A DNA stretch of 64,000 nucleotides from Rhodospirillales bacterium (GTDB lineage Bacteria > Pseudomonadota > Alphaproteobacteria > Rhodospirillales > JANQFP01): the NCBI GenBank assembly GCA_028277795.1, contig JANQFP010000216.1, positions 6,392 through 70,391 on the forward strand. The letters are read 5' to 3'. Positions within the stretch are counted from its first letter, which is position 1. Every line of letters starts with the position of its first letter. The position numbers and the translations under genes were made by a program. Shown here piece after piece: positions 9,706 to 19,487 of the stretch. The notes under the pieces are model-generated. The model saw only the letters and a list, made by a program, of their open reading frames with translations, searched no databases and was not told the origin of the DNA.

Positions 9706-10680
9706 TCAGTCGGCCCCCGCGGAACGCGGATCGCGGCCGAGGAGTCGTTGGCACTCTTCCAACACCGCGACGACATCGACACCGAGCCGGAGGCTGGCCA
9801 GATCCCGCGAACCGGCCCGGATGGCGGCGGCGAAATCGGCGACGGCGCAGGTCAGCGGCCGGTCCGGCGCGACGGCGACCTTCTCCTTGAGCTGCATGGC
9901 CACGCAGGCGTCCTCCAGGCGCGGCTGCACGACCAGGGGCGCGGCCCTCTGGTCATCGTAGACCAACTGGTAGCGGTCGCAATTGGCGGCGAAATACCGG
10001 GTCTTGTGGAGCATCAGGGTGCCGATCTCGATGTCGGCGACGGCGCCGCCGGGGAACTCGAGGTGCAGGGCCAGGGTCTCGCCGACACCCTCGGGCGTGT
10101 GCCGCCGCTCCTTGCGAGTGGCCGTCACCGAGTCGGGGCTCCGCCCCAGAAGGTCGAGACACATGGCCACGTCGTGCGGCCCCCAGTCCCACAGCACCGA
10201 TCCGCGACCATCGTCGGGACGCCAGTCGCCGCCGGCGGAGCGGATGGTGCGCACCGGACCCAGTTCGGCGACGCGCGCCTTGAGGGCGCGGTAAGCGGGG
10301 TGGAACAGGTGCACATGGTCGACCACAACCGAGGCACTGCGGCGGGCCGCCAGGTCCAGCACACCACGGGCCTCCGCGGTGTCCATGGTCAGCGGCTTCT
10401 CGACCAGGGCCGGCCGGCCGGCAGCGATGGCGGCCCGCGTCATCTCGCCGTGAAGGGCGTGGGGCGTGGCGATGATGACGCCGTCCAGGTCGGGCGCTCC
10501 CGCGACCTCTTGCCAGTCCTCGCTGATGGCGCAGCCGGGACCCACCAGGGCGGCGCTCTCCGGATTGCGGCTGGCCAGTCGGGCCAATGTCACGTCCGCC
10601 ATCTCGGCGATAGTGCGGATGTAGGCGCGGCCCCAGCGGCCGGCCCCGATCAGGCCCAGTCTGACGGTCGTCTCGGCCAC
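9706..10680 (-). CDS. Gfo/Idh/MocA family oxidoreductase
   Basis: 'VRLGLIGAGRWGRAY' Rossmann fold and 'ALVEKPLT' (EKP motif). GTG start preceded by AAGGGG. Confidence 0.85.
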   Translation of the reverse strand: MAETTVRLGLIGAGRWGRAYIRTIAEMADVTLARLASRNPESAALVGPGCAISEDWQEVAGAPDLDGVIIATPHALHGEMTRAAIAAGRPALVEKPLTMDTAEARGVLDLAARRSASVVVDHVHLFHPAYRALKARVAELGPVRTIRSAGGDWRPDDGRGSVLWDWGPHDVAMCLDLLGRSPDSVTATRKERRHTPEGVGETLALHLEFPGGAVADIEIGTLMLHKTRYFAANCDRYQLVYDDQRAAPLVVQPRLEDACVAMQLKEKVAVAPDRPLTCAVADFAAAIRAGSRDLASLRLGVDVVAVLEECQRLLGRDPRSAGAD

Positions 10681-10688
10681 CGCGCCCC

Positions 10689-11750
10689 TTACGACTCCCC
10701 GGTGTAGACGCCGTCGGTCCAGCCGAGGAAGCGAGCCAGTCCGTCGTCCAGATCGACGGTCGGCTCGAAATCGAGCTGCAGCCGCGCCTTGCGGATGTCC
10801 GGGCAGCGGCGGTTGGGCTCGTCGGCCGGATAGCTGTCCGGGTACTCGACCACGTCGCAGGCGACCTCGCGCCCGGTCACCCGCTCGATTCGCTTGACCA
10901 GGTCGAGCATGGAGATCTCCGGTCGCGGATTGCCGATGTTATAGGCCTCGCCGGGCACGCCGCGGATCGCAACCAGCAGGAATCCGACCATGGCGTCGGT
11001 GATGTAACAGAAGGTGCGGGTCTGATCGCCCGAGCCGTAGACCCGCAATCGGTGTCCACCCTTGATACGGTTGGCGAAGTTGGGCAGGACCCGGTAGTCG
11101 GTCTCCTGCATGCCCGGGCCGAACACGTTGAACGGCCGGATCACGTTGGTGGCCGTGCCCTTCACCGTGTGGAACACGTAGCACAGGGTCTCGCCCACCC
11201 GCTTGCTTTCGTCGTAGCAGGCGCGCGGCCCTTGGCACGATACGTTGCCGCGATAGCTCTCCGGCGTCGGCACGTGCTTGGGGTCCGGGTCGCCATAGAT
11301 CTCGCTCGACGAAAAAAAGGCGAACCGGGCCCCGTGCTCGTCGGCCAACGTGAGCATGTTCTGGGTTCCGGTGATCGCCACTTGCAGGGTCTCGAGCGGG
11401 TAGGCGCGATAGTAGAAGGGGCTGGCGATGCCGGCGGCGTGAATGACGTAGTCCAGGGGCCCTTCCCAGTCGAACCGGTCGATGACGTCGTGACGGACGA
11501 ACCGCACGTGCGGCGCATCGGGCATCTCGGTGCCGGCCTTGCCGGCTGTGATCAGGTTGTCGAGCACCACCAGACGGGCGGGTTCGGCCAACACCGACTC
11601 GTTGAGGCGCGCGAAAATCTCCAGGAAGTATCGGCCGAGGAAGCCGCGCCCCCCGGTGAGCAGAACGGTCTTGCCGGCAAACGCCTTCGCCTCGCCGCCG
11701 AGGCGCTCGACGATCTCGGCGATATCGGATTCGAGGACGAAATCGGCCAT
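10689..11750 (-). CDS. Extended SDR, UDP-glucuronate decarboxylase (UXS/ArnA-C)-like
   Basis: 'VLLTGGRGFLGRYF' and 'SSSEIYGDPDPKHVPTPESYRGNVSCQGPRACYDESKRVGETL', which is closely UXS-like. Confidence 0.85.
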   Translation of the reverse strand: MADFVLESDIAEIVERLGGEAKAFAGKTVLLTGGRGFLGRYFLEIFARLNESVLAEPARLVVLDNLITAGKAGTEMPDAPHVRFVRHDVIDRFDWEGPLDYVIHAAGIASPFYYRAYPLETLQVAITGTQNMLTLADEHGARFAFFSSSEIYGDPDPKHVPTPESYRGNVSCQGPRACYDESKRVGETLCYVFHTVKGTATNVIRPFNVFGPGMQETDYRVLPNFANRIKGGHRLRVYGSGDQTRTFCYITDAMVGFLLVAIRGVPGEAYNIGNPRPEISMLDLVKRIERVTGREVACDVVEYPDSYPADEPNRRCPDIRKARLQLDFEPTVDLDDGLARFLGWTDGVYTGES

Positions 11751-11753
11751 GGG

Positions 11754-12998
11754 TCAGTGGATCTCCACAGTGGGGAGGGGGACGACGAAATGGCCGCCCC
11801 GGTCGCGGAAGGCGGCGTGGTTGGCCATGATCGGCCCGGCGAAGTTCCAGGCCAGCAGAATGGCGTAGTCCGGACCGCGGTCGTACAGCGCCGCCGACGA
11901 CAACACGGGAATGTGCATGCCGGGGGTGAAGAGCCCCTGTTTCAGCGGGCTGTCGTCGACGATGAAATCGATCACGTCGGGGCCGATGCCGAAATGATAC
12001 AACAGCGTGGTCGCCTTGGCCGGCGCACCGAAGCCGGCGATCCGCTTGCCGTCCGCCTTGAAGGCGGTCAGGTGGCCCGACAGCTCCCTTTTCACGGCAT
12101 CGATGCGGGCCCCGAACCCTTTCAGGGTCTCTGCCTGGTCGAGGCCCATCGACTCCTCCACGGCGATCAGGTCGGCGACCGATGGTGACACCGGCCGCGG
12201 CCCGCCGACGTGTTGCACGATGCCGCGCAGGCTGCCGCCGTGACTGTCGATTCTCCGTGCGTCGATGAGCTCCAGGCCATGGGCCGGGAAGAAACGCGAG
12301 AGGGGATTGACGGAATGATAGGCCAGGTGCTCGTGGTAGATGGTATCGAACAGGGTCTTTTCGTAGACGTCCGCCAGGTAGGAGACCTCGAAGACGAACA
12401 GCCCGTCGTCGGCGAGCAGCAGGCGGACGCCATCGGCCATGGCAGCCAGGTCATCGGCATGGGCAAAGACGTTGTTGGCGGTGACCACCGCGGCGGCGCC
12501 CCGCTCGGCACGGATCTCGCGCGCCAGGTCCGGGGTGAAGAAGACCGGCAGGGTCTCGATGCCGCGGGCGCTGGCATCGCGGGCGATGTCGCGCGCCGGA
12601 TCGATCCCCAGGACCCGCAGCCCGGCCTCTTTGAAAAAGCCCAGCAACGTGCCGTCGTTGGAGCCGATGTCGACCGCCAGGGCGCCCGGCGCCGGTGGAA
12701 GTCGAGCGATGATGTCGGCGGCGTAGTCCTGGAAATGCCGGACGAACACCGGGGAGGTCCCGGAGACGTAGACATAGCTCTCGAACAGAACCTTCGGATC
12801 GACCACGTCGAGGAGCTGCACGTGGGCGCAGGCATCACACATGAAGACGTCCAGGGGAAAGGTCGGTTGCGGCCGATCCAGTGCGTCCGCGGCCACGAAC
12901 GCATTGGCCGGCGGCGTTGGCGCCAAAGACAGCACCTGAGTGAAAGCGGTGCCGCCGCAAAGGCGACACGTGGTTCTTCTGTGGCAGAGGTCGATCAA
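11754..12998 (-). CDS. NDP-hexose C-methyltransferase (TylCIII-like; Zn-ribbon + class I MT + C-MT C-terminal domain), copy 1
   Basis: 'CRLCGG...CDAC', 'VDIGSNDGTLL', 'NNVFAHADD', 'FDTIYHEHLAY', 'GFGAPAKATTLLYHFGI...DDSPLKQGLFTPGMHIPV'. TTG start, 7 nt after the upstream stop. Confidence 0.85.
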   Translation of the reverse strand: MIDLCHRRTTCRLCGGTAFTQVLSLAPTPPANAFVAADALDRPQPTFPLDVFMCDACAHVQLLDVVDPKVLFESYVYVSGTSPVFVRHFQDYAADIIARLPPAPGALAVDIGSNDGTLLGFFKEAGLRVLGIDPARDIARDASARGIETLPVFFTPDLAREIRAERGAAAVVTANNVFAHADDLAAMADGVRLLLADDGLFVFEVSYLADVYEKTLFDTIYHEHLAYHSVNPLSRFFPAHGLELIDARRIDSHGGSLRGIVQHVGGPRPVSPSVADLIAVEESMGLDQAETLKGFGARIDAVKRELSGHLTAFKADGKRIAGFGAPAKATTLLYHFGIGPDVIDFIVDDSPLKQGLFTPGMHIPVLSSAALYDRGPDYAILLAWNFAGPIMANHAAFRDRGGHFVVPLPTVEIH

Positions 12999-13005
12999 GC
13001 TGGCG

Positions 13006-13431
13006 TCAGTCGATCATGTGGATGCGGACCACGTCGGCCTCGTAGGACTCCTGGTCGCGGGGGTTGCGCGAAAGCGCGAGGAAAACGGTATCGACGGGGA
13101 ATTTCATGCCGTGATCAACCATGGGCGGGGTGAACACCATCTGTCCGGCCTCGACCAACAGGCGGTCGGGCTCACGGGTTTCTCCGTGGGGACGGTGGAA
13201 ATACTCGATGCAGCCCTCGACGACGTAGCAGTAGTGCCAATCGGTCTTGTGGTAGTGGTTGGCCCGCACGGCGCCCTTTTTCGAGGTGATGAGCACGGCG
13301 CTGCGCATCATCAGGTCCACCAGCGGCTGGATGGCGCCGCGATCGTCCACGTGCGGCCTCTCCAGCGCCACCAGGGGCTCCTTGGGCCATCGGGTCGGGT
13401 CATCGTCCATGAGGGTCAGGTCGTCGGCCAT
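13006..13431 (-). CDS. Cupin-fold sugar ketoisomerase/epimerase-like protein (WxcM/FdtA type)
   Basis: 141 aa. 'DDRGAIQPL...GAVRANHYHKTDWHYCYVVEGCIEYF' is a cupin beta-barrel pattern. GAGG lies upstream of the ATG. Confidence 0.65.
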   Translation of the reverse strand: MADDLTLMDDDPTRWPKEPLVALERPHVDDRGAIQPLVDLMMRSAVLITSKKGAVRANHYHKTDWHYCYVVEGCIEYFHRPHGETREPDRLLVEAGQMVFTPPMVDHGMKFPVDTVFLALSRNPRDQESYEADVVRIHMID

Positions 13432-13501
13432 CGGGCTACCTCACAAGCGGCGTTCGGGCCGGCAGATCGGTAACGGCTCCGCCGGCCCTAGAAAGTGGGT
13501 A

Positions 13502-14320
13502 CTAGTGCCAACTCGGTGCCCCGGTCCCCTCCGACTGGGAGGGCGCTGGCCGGGCCGTCGTCAATCCCACCGGCCGGCGCCGCACCGTGCCCTGGCCACG
13601 ACCGAGCCAAGCGGTTGCCAGGGCATACAGCAGCCACCGCAAGTAGGCCGGAATCCATGCGAAGATGCGGAAGCGGCTGGGCTTGTCGCTGCGTTCGAAC
13701 CATCTTGCCGGCACCTGGTCGACACGCCAACCGAGGCGCACGGCCTTGGCCAGGAGCTCGACGCTGAACGTGAATCCGGTGTCCGATTCGAGTTCCACCG
13801 TGTCCAGAAGCCGACGCGAAAACAGCCGGAAGGCGTTGGTGGAATCATGAACACCGAGACGCGCCACGTGATAGAGCGCGAAGGTCCCGACGATGGTGAT
13901 CAGCCACTTGTGCGTCGGGCAGCCGACCATGCTTCCGCCCGGCATGAAGCGACTGGCGGCGACCACGTCGCAGCCGCCGCGAAAGCGGGCCACCATCTCG
14001 TCGATGATACCGGCGTTGTAGTCGTCGTCCGCCATGTAGACCAAGACGGCCGGTGCGCGCGACGCCGCGAACCCGGCGCGCACGGCGCTATGGGGGCCGC
14101 GTTCGGGGTTCTTGACCAAGACGATCTCCAGGTCATCGGCGGGATAGGCACGAACCGCATCCAGCGTGTCGTCTTCATCGAAGTCGTAGCAGATCAGCAC
14201 CCGGAACGGTGTGCGGACCTCGGCCCGCAAGGCGTCGAGAGCCAGCACGATGTTGCGCCCCTCGTTGTACACCGGGATGACGACGTCGAGGTGACGGTCT
14301 TCGGATCCTGATTGGGTCAT
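13502..14320 (-). CDS. GT2 glycosyltransferase, polyprenyl-phosphate sugar synthase (DPM1/GtrB)-like
   Basis: 'LDVVIPVYNEGRNI' and 'YMADDDYN' (DxD region). It has a C-terminal hydrophobic helix, 'FAWIPAYLRWLLYALATAWL'. ATG 14320 (MTQSGSED...). The 72-codon track extension is rejected. Confidence 0.85.
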   Translation of the reverse strand: MTQSGSEDRHLDVVIPVYNEGRNIVLALDALRAEVRTPFRVLICYDFDEDDTLDAVRAYPADDLEIVLVKNPERGPHSAVRAGFAASRAPAVLVYMADDDYNAGIIDEMVARFRGGCDVVAASRFMPGGSMVGCPTHKWLITIVGTFALYHVARLGVHDSTNAFRLFSRRLLDTVELESDTGFTFSVELLAKAVRLGWRVDQVPARWFERSDKPSRFRIFAWIPAYLRWLLYALATAWLGRGQGTVRRRPVGLTTARPAPSQSEGTGAPSWH

Positions 14321-14333
14321 ATATGCAACGGCC

Positions 14334-15116
14334 TCATTCCGCGTGCGCCAGGTACTGGTCGAGCATGGTCTGCGAATCGGGGATCGGGATGATGTCGCAG
14401 ATCTTGTCGACGGCAATGTCGTATTCCGTATGCAGCAGGTCGCCGTGGTAGCGGAACTCCGCCGCCTCCGTTCCCCGGTGCCGGGCAACCGTGCGCAGCA
14501 TGGCTTCGACAGTGATGGAAGCGTTCCCCGTGACATTGAAGATGCCGGTCGCCCCCCTAGGCAACAGGGCCTCCAGCACGTCGGCGACCGCGTCCAGGGT
14601 GACCAGGGACAAGGTGCTGTCCGGGGTCTGGCGGATGGGTGCTCCGTTCATGGCGTCGTACACCGGGTTCTTGCGCAGGCCCGGGCCGAGAAGGGTGCCG
14701 AGCCGCAAAACGAGGGGTGCCGTGTTATGGAACATCACGACCCGTTCCGCCAGCAGCTTGTGAAAGCCGTAGGTGTCGAGGCCGGCCGACGGAATTACGG
14801 CGTCCTCCCGCGCCGCCGCCCGATCGCCACGCAAGGCCCCGTATACGTCGATGGATGACAAGTACACATAACGGCCGCACGACAGGTTCACCACGCGCTC
14901 GGCGACGGACGTGACCGACGCGGCGAAGCTGGCCGACGGGTTCTCGTCGGCCCAGAACCGCCGGGCGTCGCCGTTGCAGTCGATGACCACGTCCAGGTGG
15001 TGGGTGGGCAAAGGCGTCGTGCGCTTGACCGAAACTACCTCTGCACCAGTGGCCCTAAAACGACGGCTAAGGAAGCTGCCGGCGAATCCGGCCGCTCCGA
15101 TGATGGCGATGGCCAT
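14334..15116 (-). CDS. NAD(P)-binding SDR-fold sugar reductase (RmlD/4-ketoreductase-like)
   Basis: 'MAIAIIGAAGFAGSFL' Rossmann N-terminus and 'YGFHKLLAE' (YxxxK). ATG 15116. The track extension is rejected. Confidence 0.7.
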   Translation of the reverse strand: MAIAIIGAAGFAGSFLSRRFRATGAEVVSVKRTTPLPTHHLDVVIDCNGDARRFWADENPSASFAASVTSVAERVVNLSCGRYVYLSSIDVYGALRGDRAAAREDAVIPSAGLDTYGFHKLLAERVVMFHNTAPLVLRLGTLLGPGLRKNPVYDAMNGAPIRQTPDSTLSLVTLDAVADVLEALLPRGATGIFNVTGNASITVEAMLRTVARHRGTEAAEFRYHGDLLHTEYDIAVDKICDIIPIPDSQTMLDQYLAHAE

Positions 15117-15118
15117 GC

Positions 15119-16396
15119 TCAGGGAAGGATCTCGGGATGGGGCAGGGGAACTATGAACTTGCCGCCCTCCTTGACGAACTCGGCCGATTCCAGGAAGAAC
15201 GGCGCGTAATTCCACGCCAGCAACAGGGCATGGCTGACGCCCCGGGCGAGGAACGCCGGGTCGTCGATGATGGGGATGTGCGTTCCCGGCGTCACCTTGC
15301 CCACCTTCAACCGGTTGTTCTCGCACACGGCGACGATGTCGTCTGGGCCGAGGCCCAGGTAGTTGAGCAGGGTGTTGCCCTTGGCCGGGGCGCCGAACGC
15401 CCCCACCGTGCGGCCATCGCGCCGCAGGCGTGCGACGATCGCCAGGATGTCGTCGCGCACGGTCTCGACACGGCGGGCGAAGGCACGGTAGGGGGCGTCA
15501 TCCCGGACCCCCCACTGGCGTTCGTCGCGCACCATGTCGGTGATGGAGTCCTCGGTGGGGTACGACGCCCCATCACGGCACACGAACAGGCGCAACGCGG
15601 GGCCCGATGCCCCGACCTCGGTGCGCACCACCCGGAATGCCCGCAGACCGGTGTCGCCAAACAGCCGCATCAGCGGCGTCAGCGCAAGGTAGGACAGGTG
15701 CTCATGGTAGATCGTGTCGAAGTAGCACGACTCGACCATGTCGCGCAGGTAAGGGAACTCCAGGATGAACACGCCGTCGTCGGCGAGCAGACCGCGCACG
15801 CCTTCGGTGAACGAGCGGATGTCATCCACATGGGCGAACACGTTGGTGGCCGTGACGATAAGCGCCGCTCCGTACTCGGCGTGTACCCGGTCCCCGACCT
15901 CCGCACCGAAGAACTCGGGCACGACCTCGAATCCGGCCTCGCGCGCATACTGCCCGGTCGATGACGGCTCAATCCCCAGCAGCCTAAAACGGTCCGGCGC
16001 GTACTGCTTCAGCATGATCCCGTCGTTGCAGCCGATGTCCACGATCACCGATCCGTCGGCCGGCTGGAAATCGGCGAGGGCTTCGGTCACCAGTCCTTCG
16101 TAATGGCGGCACAGGGCCTTGGATGTGGATGACAGGTACAGGTAGTCATCAAAAATGTCCGCCGCGGCGACGACGTCGAGGAGCTGCGACAGGCCGCACT
16201 CCCGACACAGATAGACGCACAGAGGGAAGACCTGCTCGTCGGCGACTTCTTCTGGCTTGAGGAAGCTGTTGGACGGCGGCTGCCGGCCCAGATCCAGATA
16301 GGGCACCAGATCGGTGCCGCCGCAGATGCGGCAGCGCTCGCGCCTTTCCTGCCGGAATCGCTTGCGCGGAGTCACGGCGTCCCCGGCACTTGTCAT
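15119..16396 (-). CDS. NDP-hexose C-methyltransferase (TylCIII-like), copy 2
   Basis: Homologous to 11754..12998 along its full length ('CRICGG...CREC', 'VDIGCNDGIML', 'TNVFAHVDD', 'FDTIYHEHLSY', 'GAFGAPAKGNTLLNYLGL'). ATG 16396 overlaps the upstream stop (ATGA). Confidence 0.85.
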   Translation of the reverse strand: MTSAGDAVTPRKRFRQERRERCRICGGTDLVPYLDLGRQPPSNSFLKPEEVADEQVFPLCVYLCRECGLSQLLDVVAAADIFDDYLYLSSTSKALCRHYEGLVTEALADFQPADGSVIVDIGCNDGIMLKQYAPDRFRLLGIEPSSTGQYAREAGFEVVPEFFGAEVGDRVHAEYGAALIVTATNVFAHVDDIRSFTEGVRGLLADDGVFILEFPYLRDMVESCYFDTIYHEHLSYLALTPLMRLFGDTGLRAFRVVRTEVGASGPALRLFVCRDGASYPTEDSITDMVRDERQWGVRDDAPYRAFARRVETVRDDILAIVARLRRDGRTVGAFGAPAKGNTLLNYLGLGPDDIVAVCENNRLKVGKVTPGTHIPIIDDPAFLARGVSHALLLAWNYAPFFLESAEFVKEGGKFIVPLPHPEILP

Positions 16397-17913
16397 CCGC
16401 CGGCCTTCTGGCGGCGCAGGAACACCGCCAAACCGTCGCACTCCTGCGGCGCGGGCGCATAGCCATCCAGCGAGCCGCCGTCCACCTCTGAAAGGGTGCC
16501 CGCCCCGGGCACGGCCACCGCGGCAAACCGGTTATCAGAAATCATCCCGCCGATGCCGCCGCCTTCAAAATCGCGGCCCATGCGCCGATCGACCTCGTAC
16601 ACATAGGCGAGAACGAAGGGCTGGCTTCCCGGCGTCATCCACGGCAGCGACAGGTAACGATCGTAGACGAACAGGGGTCGGGGCAATGTATCCAGGCAGC
16701 GTTTGTGCGCCGCCAGATGGACATGCCTTGCCCGCAGGTCCGTCACCCCCGTCAGTCCCCCGAGCACCGCTCCGACCGCCACGATGATGCTTACCCAGCC
16801 CGCCGCAGCGACCAGAACCAGGGCTCGCGAAGGCCCCTCGATGGCGATGCCCAGCACCGAAACGGCAAGCAGCGCCAGAAAGAACGAAAAGGAAAAGAAG
16901 TAGTTCTCCGCCCCCCCGGTCTGGCCGGAGAGCGGTACCGTGATGACGGCCGCGCACGCCGTACCGGCCAAGGCGAGGACGAACGGATCGCTCTGCCACG
17001 CCGCCCGTCGGAATGGCCGCGAGGCCAGGACCGTCACGGCGACGGAGGCGAGCAAGAGCAGGCTCGGTCCCGATTTGACGGCAAAGTTGGTCAGATTGCG
17101 CAGGCCCCGCTCCACGGTGAAGAACAGGGGATAGTCGGAGAAGAATACGGTCGCCACATACCCCTGGCTTCCCGCCCGCAGGGTGATCAACCAGGCGGCA
17201 ACGAGGACCACGGTCAACACTGCCAAGGATCGCCAATCCCGCCGAGCGAGCAGAAACAGCCCGACGCCGCCGGCGGCGAACACGCTTCCCTGTTTGAAGG
17301 CCCACGCCAGGTAGGCGCTGGCCGCCACCGCCAACACGGCCGCCAGGCGGGACCTGGGGTATAGCAGCAGAAAAAGCGCCACTGCGACCATCTCCATGGT
17401 CATGGCCCAGACGTCGGCGCGCACGGTAATGGACCAGAAACCGATCAGGGGTCCGGCGACGACGAAGGCGGCGAACGCCAGCGCGATCGCGGCCGCGGAC
17501 GACTGACGGGCCGGCAACGCGACCCGGAAGCTCCAGAACGCCGCTGCGGCCCCGACCACGGTGCCCGCCAACGTCACGAGACGGGCGACCGTCGGCAGCC
17601 AAGCGTCGCCCAGGTCCAGGATCCTAAGGGCGGCTGCGGTGACCGTGCCGTAGAACTCGTAGAACAGCCAGTTGTAGACCGCCGCGCTGAAGGGAATGTG
17701 AAACCGGTCGGTGTAGACCGCCTGTCCGTAGACCGCTTTCCACACGGCGAACAGGGACGCGACCTCGTCGCCGCTGGTCTGAAGGTGCAGGGGCTCCGCC
17801 AGGGAGATGGACCCCTGCATGCGCACCGCGAGAAGGACGACGCACGCCGCCGCCCCTCCGGCCGCCACCCACGAATAGGTGTGGATGATCCGATCGCGAG
17901 GCCACTGCCCCAT
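16393..17913 (-). CDS. Polytopic membrane protein, GT-C-like glycosyltransferase or polymerase candidate
   Basis: 506 aa. At least 10 hydrophobic spans followed by a soluble tail of about 110 aa. I recognise no specific family motif with certainty. Confidence 0.6.
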   Translation of the reverse strand: MGQWPRDRIIHTYSWVAAGGAAACVVLLAVRMQGSISLAEPLHLQTSGDEVASLFAVWKAVYGQAVYTDRFHIPFSAAVYNWLFYEFYGTVTAAALRILDLGDAWLPTVARLVTLAGTVVGAAAAFWSFRVALPARQSSAAAIALAFAAFVVAGPLIGFWSITVRADVWAMTMEMVAVALFLLLYPRSRLAAVLAVAASAYLAWAFKQGSVFAAGGVGLFLLARRDWRSLAVLTVVLVAAWLITLRAGSQGYVATVFFSDYPLFFTVERGLRNLTNFAVKSGPSLLLLASVAVTVLASRPFRRAAWQSDPFVLALAGTACAAVITVPLSGQTGGAENYFFSFSFFLALLAVSVLGIAIEGPSRALVLVAAAGWVSIIVAVGAVLGGLTGVTDLRARHVHLAAHKRCLDTLPRPLFVYDRYLSLPWMTPGSQPFVLAYVYEVDRRMGRDFEGGGIGGMISDNRFAAVAVPGAGTLSEVDGGSLDGYAPAPQECDGLAVFLRRQKAGG

Positions 17914-17920
17914 AGATCCG

Positions 17921-18910
17921 TTATGCCTGCACGCTCGGCGCCAGATGGGCGTTGGCGTCGTACCAGGCGGCGAGCACCGGCAGGCCGTCCTCCAGGCTTA
18001 CCGTGGGCCGATAGCCGAGCGCCGCCGCGCGCCCGATGTCGGGACAGCGCCGCGGCGTTCCCCCTTCGAGCAGGTCCCCGGGAACCACGATGATCTCTCG
18101 GTCGAAGAACTGGCCCACAAGGGACGCGACATGGGCGATCGTCACCTCCTCTTCGGTGCCGACGTTGTAGATGCCCAGATGCTCGCCCTTGTCCATGACC
18201 AGGGCCATGCCGTTCACCGCGTCGTCGATGAACACGAACGATCGTGTCTCCTGTCCGGTCCCCTGGATGGGGAACTGCAGCGTCCCCCGGGGCTGGGTAC
18301 GGCACAGATCACGCATCCGCATCACGAAATGGGGCAACACGTGCTCCCATCCCATGTCGGGGCCGTAGACGTTGTGCGGGCGAATGATCAGCACCCTGTC
18401 GAAGTATCGGCGCCCGTAGTTGATGGCCATGAGTTCGCTGATGATTTTGCCCCCGCCGTAGGAATAGCGGGGATTGGCAGGATTGGGGACGACCAGAGGA
18501 GCGGTCTCGTCGGTCGGGATCCGCTGCGGCGTCTGATAGACCTCGGAGCTGGAGGCCAGCATCAACTCCCGCACGCCATGCTTCAGGCAGGCGTCGATGA
18601 CGTTGACCATACCCTTGACGCCGACGTCCAGGACCACATCGGGTCGGTCGTAGAAGAACTCCGTGCCGTTGACGTAGGCCAGGTGGCAAACGGCGTCCAT
18701 TCCCTCGACGGCGGCGTCGACGGCCGCGGCGTCGCGCATGTCGCCCCGCACAAGGTCCACGACGTCGCATACAGGGGCAATGCGGGACTGGGAGCCGCGG
18801 GTGTCGTTGTCGAATACGCGCACCCAGTCGCCCCGCTCAACCAGATGGCGCACCAGGGCGGCACCGACGAAACCCTTGCCGCCAGTGACCAGATATCGTC
18901 TTTGAGCCAT
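17921..18910 (-). CDS. NAD-dependent epimerase/dehydratase (extended SDR)
   Basis: 'YLVTGGKGFVGAAL', 'ASSSEVY' and 'YGGGKIISE' (YxxxK). ATG 18910 has no obvious SD and sits at the edge of the IS scar. Confidence 0.85.
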   Translation of the reverse strand: MAQRRYLVTGGKGFVGAALVRHLVERGDWVRVFDNDTRGSQSRIAPVCDVVDLVRGDMRDAAAVDAAVEGMDAVCHLAYVNGTEFFYDRPDVVLDVGVKGMVNVIDACLKHGVRELMLASSSEVYQTPQRIPTDETAPLVVPNPANPRYSYGGGKIISELMAINYGRRYFDRVLIIRPHNVYGPDMGWEHVLPHFVMRMRDLCRTQPRGTLQFPIQGTGQETRSFVFIDDAVNGMALVMDKGEHLGIYNVGTEEEVTIAHVASLVGQFFDREIIVVPGDLLEGGTPRRCPDIGRAAALGYRPTVSLEDGLPVLAAWYDANAHLAPSVQA

Positions 18911-19183
18911 CAGACTTGAGAAACCATGTATCGCATGGGCAAGACTCCCGCCGCAGCGCGGCGAGGGGGACGGAATCTTCGATCGTTGCCCGACCGCCGC
19001 CGCGCCATTCCGTCGGCCAGCCGCACGACGGGCTTTCGGTGGCGCTCGTACAGCCGGGCCGTCGGGAAGTCAAGCGGGGCTCGGCAGCCCATGGTGTCGG
19101 CGTTCGCCCGGAGGGCTGGTTCCGGCGTCCTCGGAGACGTCCGCGCGGGATCATCCTCACGACAGGGAGGGCACGGCGGCGAG

Positions 19184-19330
19184 AGTGTCCTCCCTCACCG
19201 GTGGGTGGTCGAGCGCACCTTCGCCAGGGTCAACCGCAACCGGCACCTGGCCAAGGACTTCGAAGCGACCGTCGCCGGTGCCAAGACATGGTCGATCTCG
19301 CCGACGCTCCACCAGCCCGGTGGGGACGCG
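19184..19330 (+). mobile_element. IS5-family (DDE_Tnp_1) transposase C-terminal remnant
   Basis: Frame of ORF 18926..19438 encodes 'SVLPHRWVVERTFARVNRNRHLAKDFEATVAGAKTW'. This is the conserved C-terminal block of IS5-family transposases. I see no intact N-terminal or DDE region upstream. Limits are approximate. Confidence 0.7.
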
Positions 19331-19349
19331 ACGACAGCAGGGGGTGGGT

Positions 19350-19487
19350 GCCTTCGACCGAGCCGTCGCCCACCACCGTCACTTCGAAGGCGGCGCCGTC
19401 CAGAGACTGGGACGCGACCGCCTCGAGGAGTGCGATGACGGTATCCTCCTCGTTGTAGACCGGGACGACGACGGAGGCCTTGATCAC
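19350..19487 (-). pseudogene. 5' fragment of a GT2 glycosyltransferase paralog, truncated at the IS scar
   Basis: 'MIKASVVVPVYNEEDTVIALLEAVASQSLDGAAFEVTVVGDGSVEGT' matches the N-terminus of 19520..20221. By my manual alignment, 34 of the first 47 residues are identical. Similarity stops at about 19350, and the shared 5' leader is 'GATCACGGA'. Confidence 0.75.

Noticed and set aside
18916..19458. Track ORFs 18916..19458 and 18926..19438 read as intact genes
   Set aside because: Only about 36 residues (19184..19291) resemble anything, namely the IS5 transposase C-terminus. The rest is Arg/Pro-rich read-through of the scar and of the antisense GT2 fragment.
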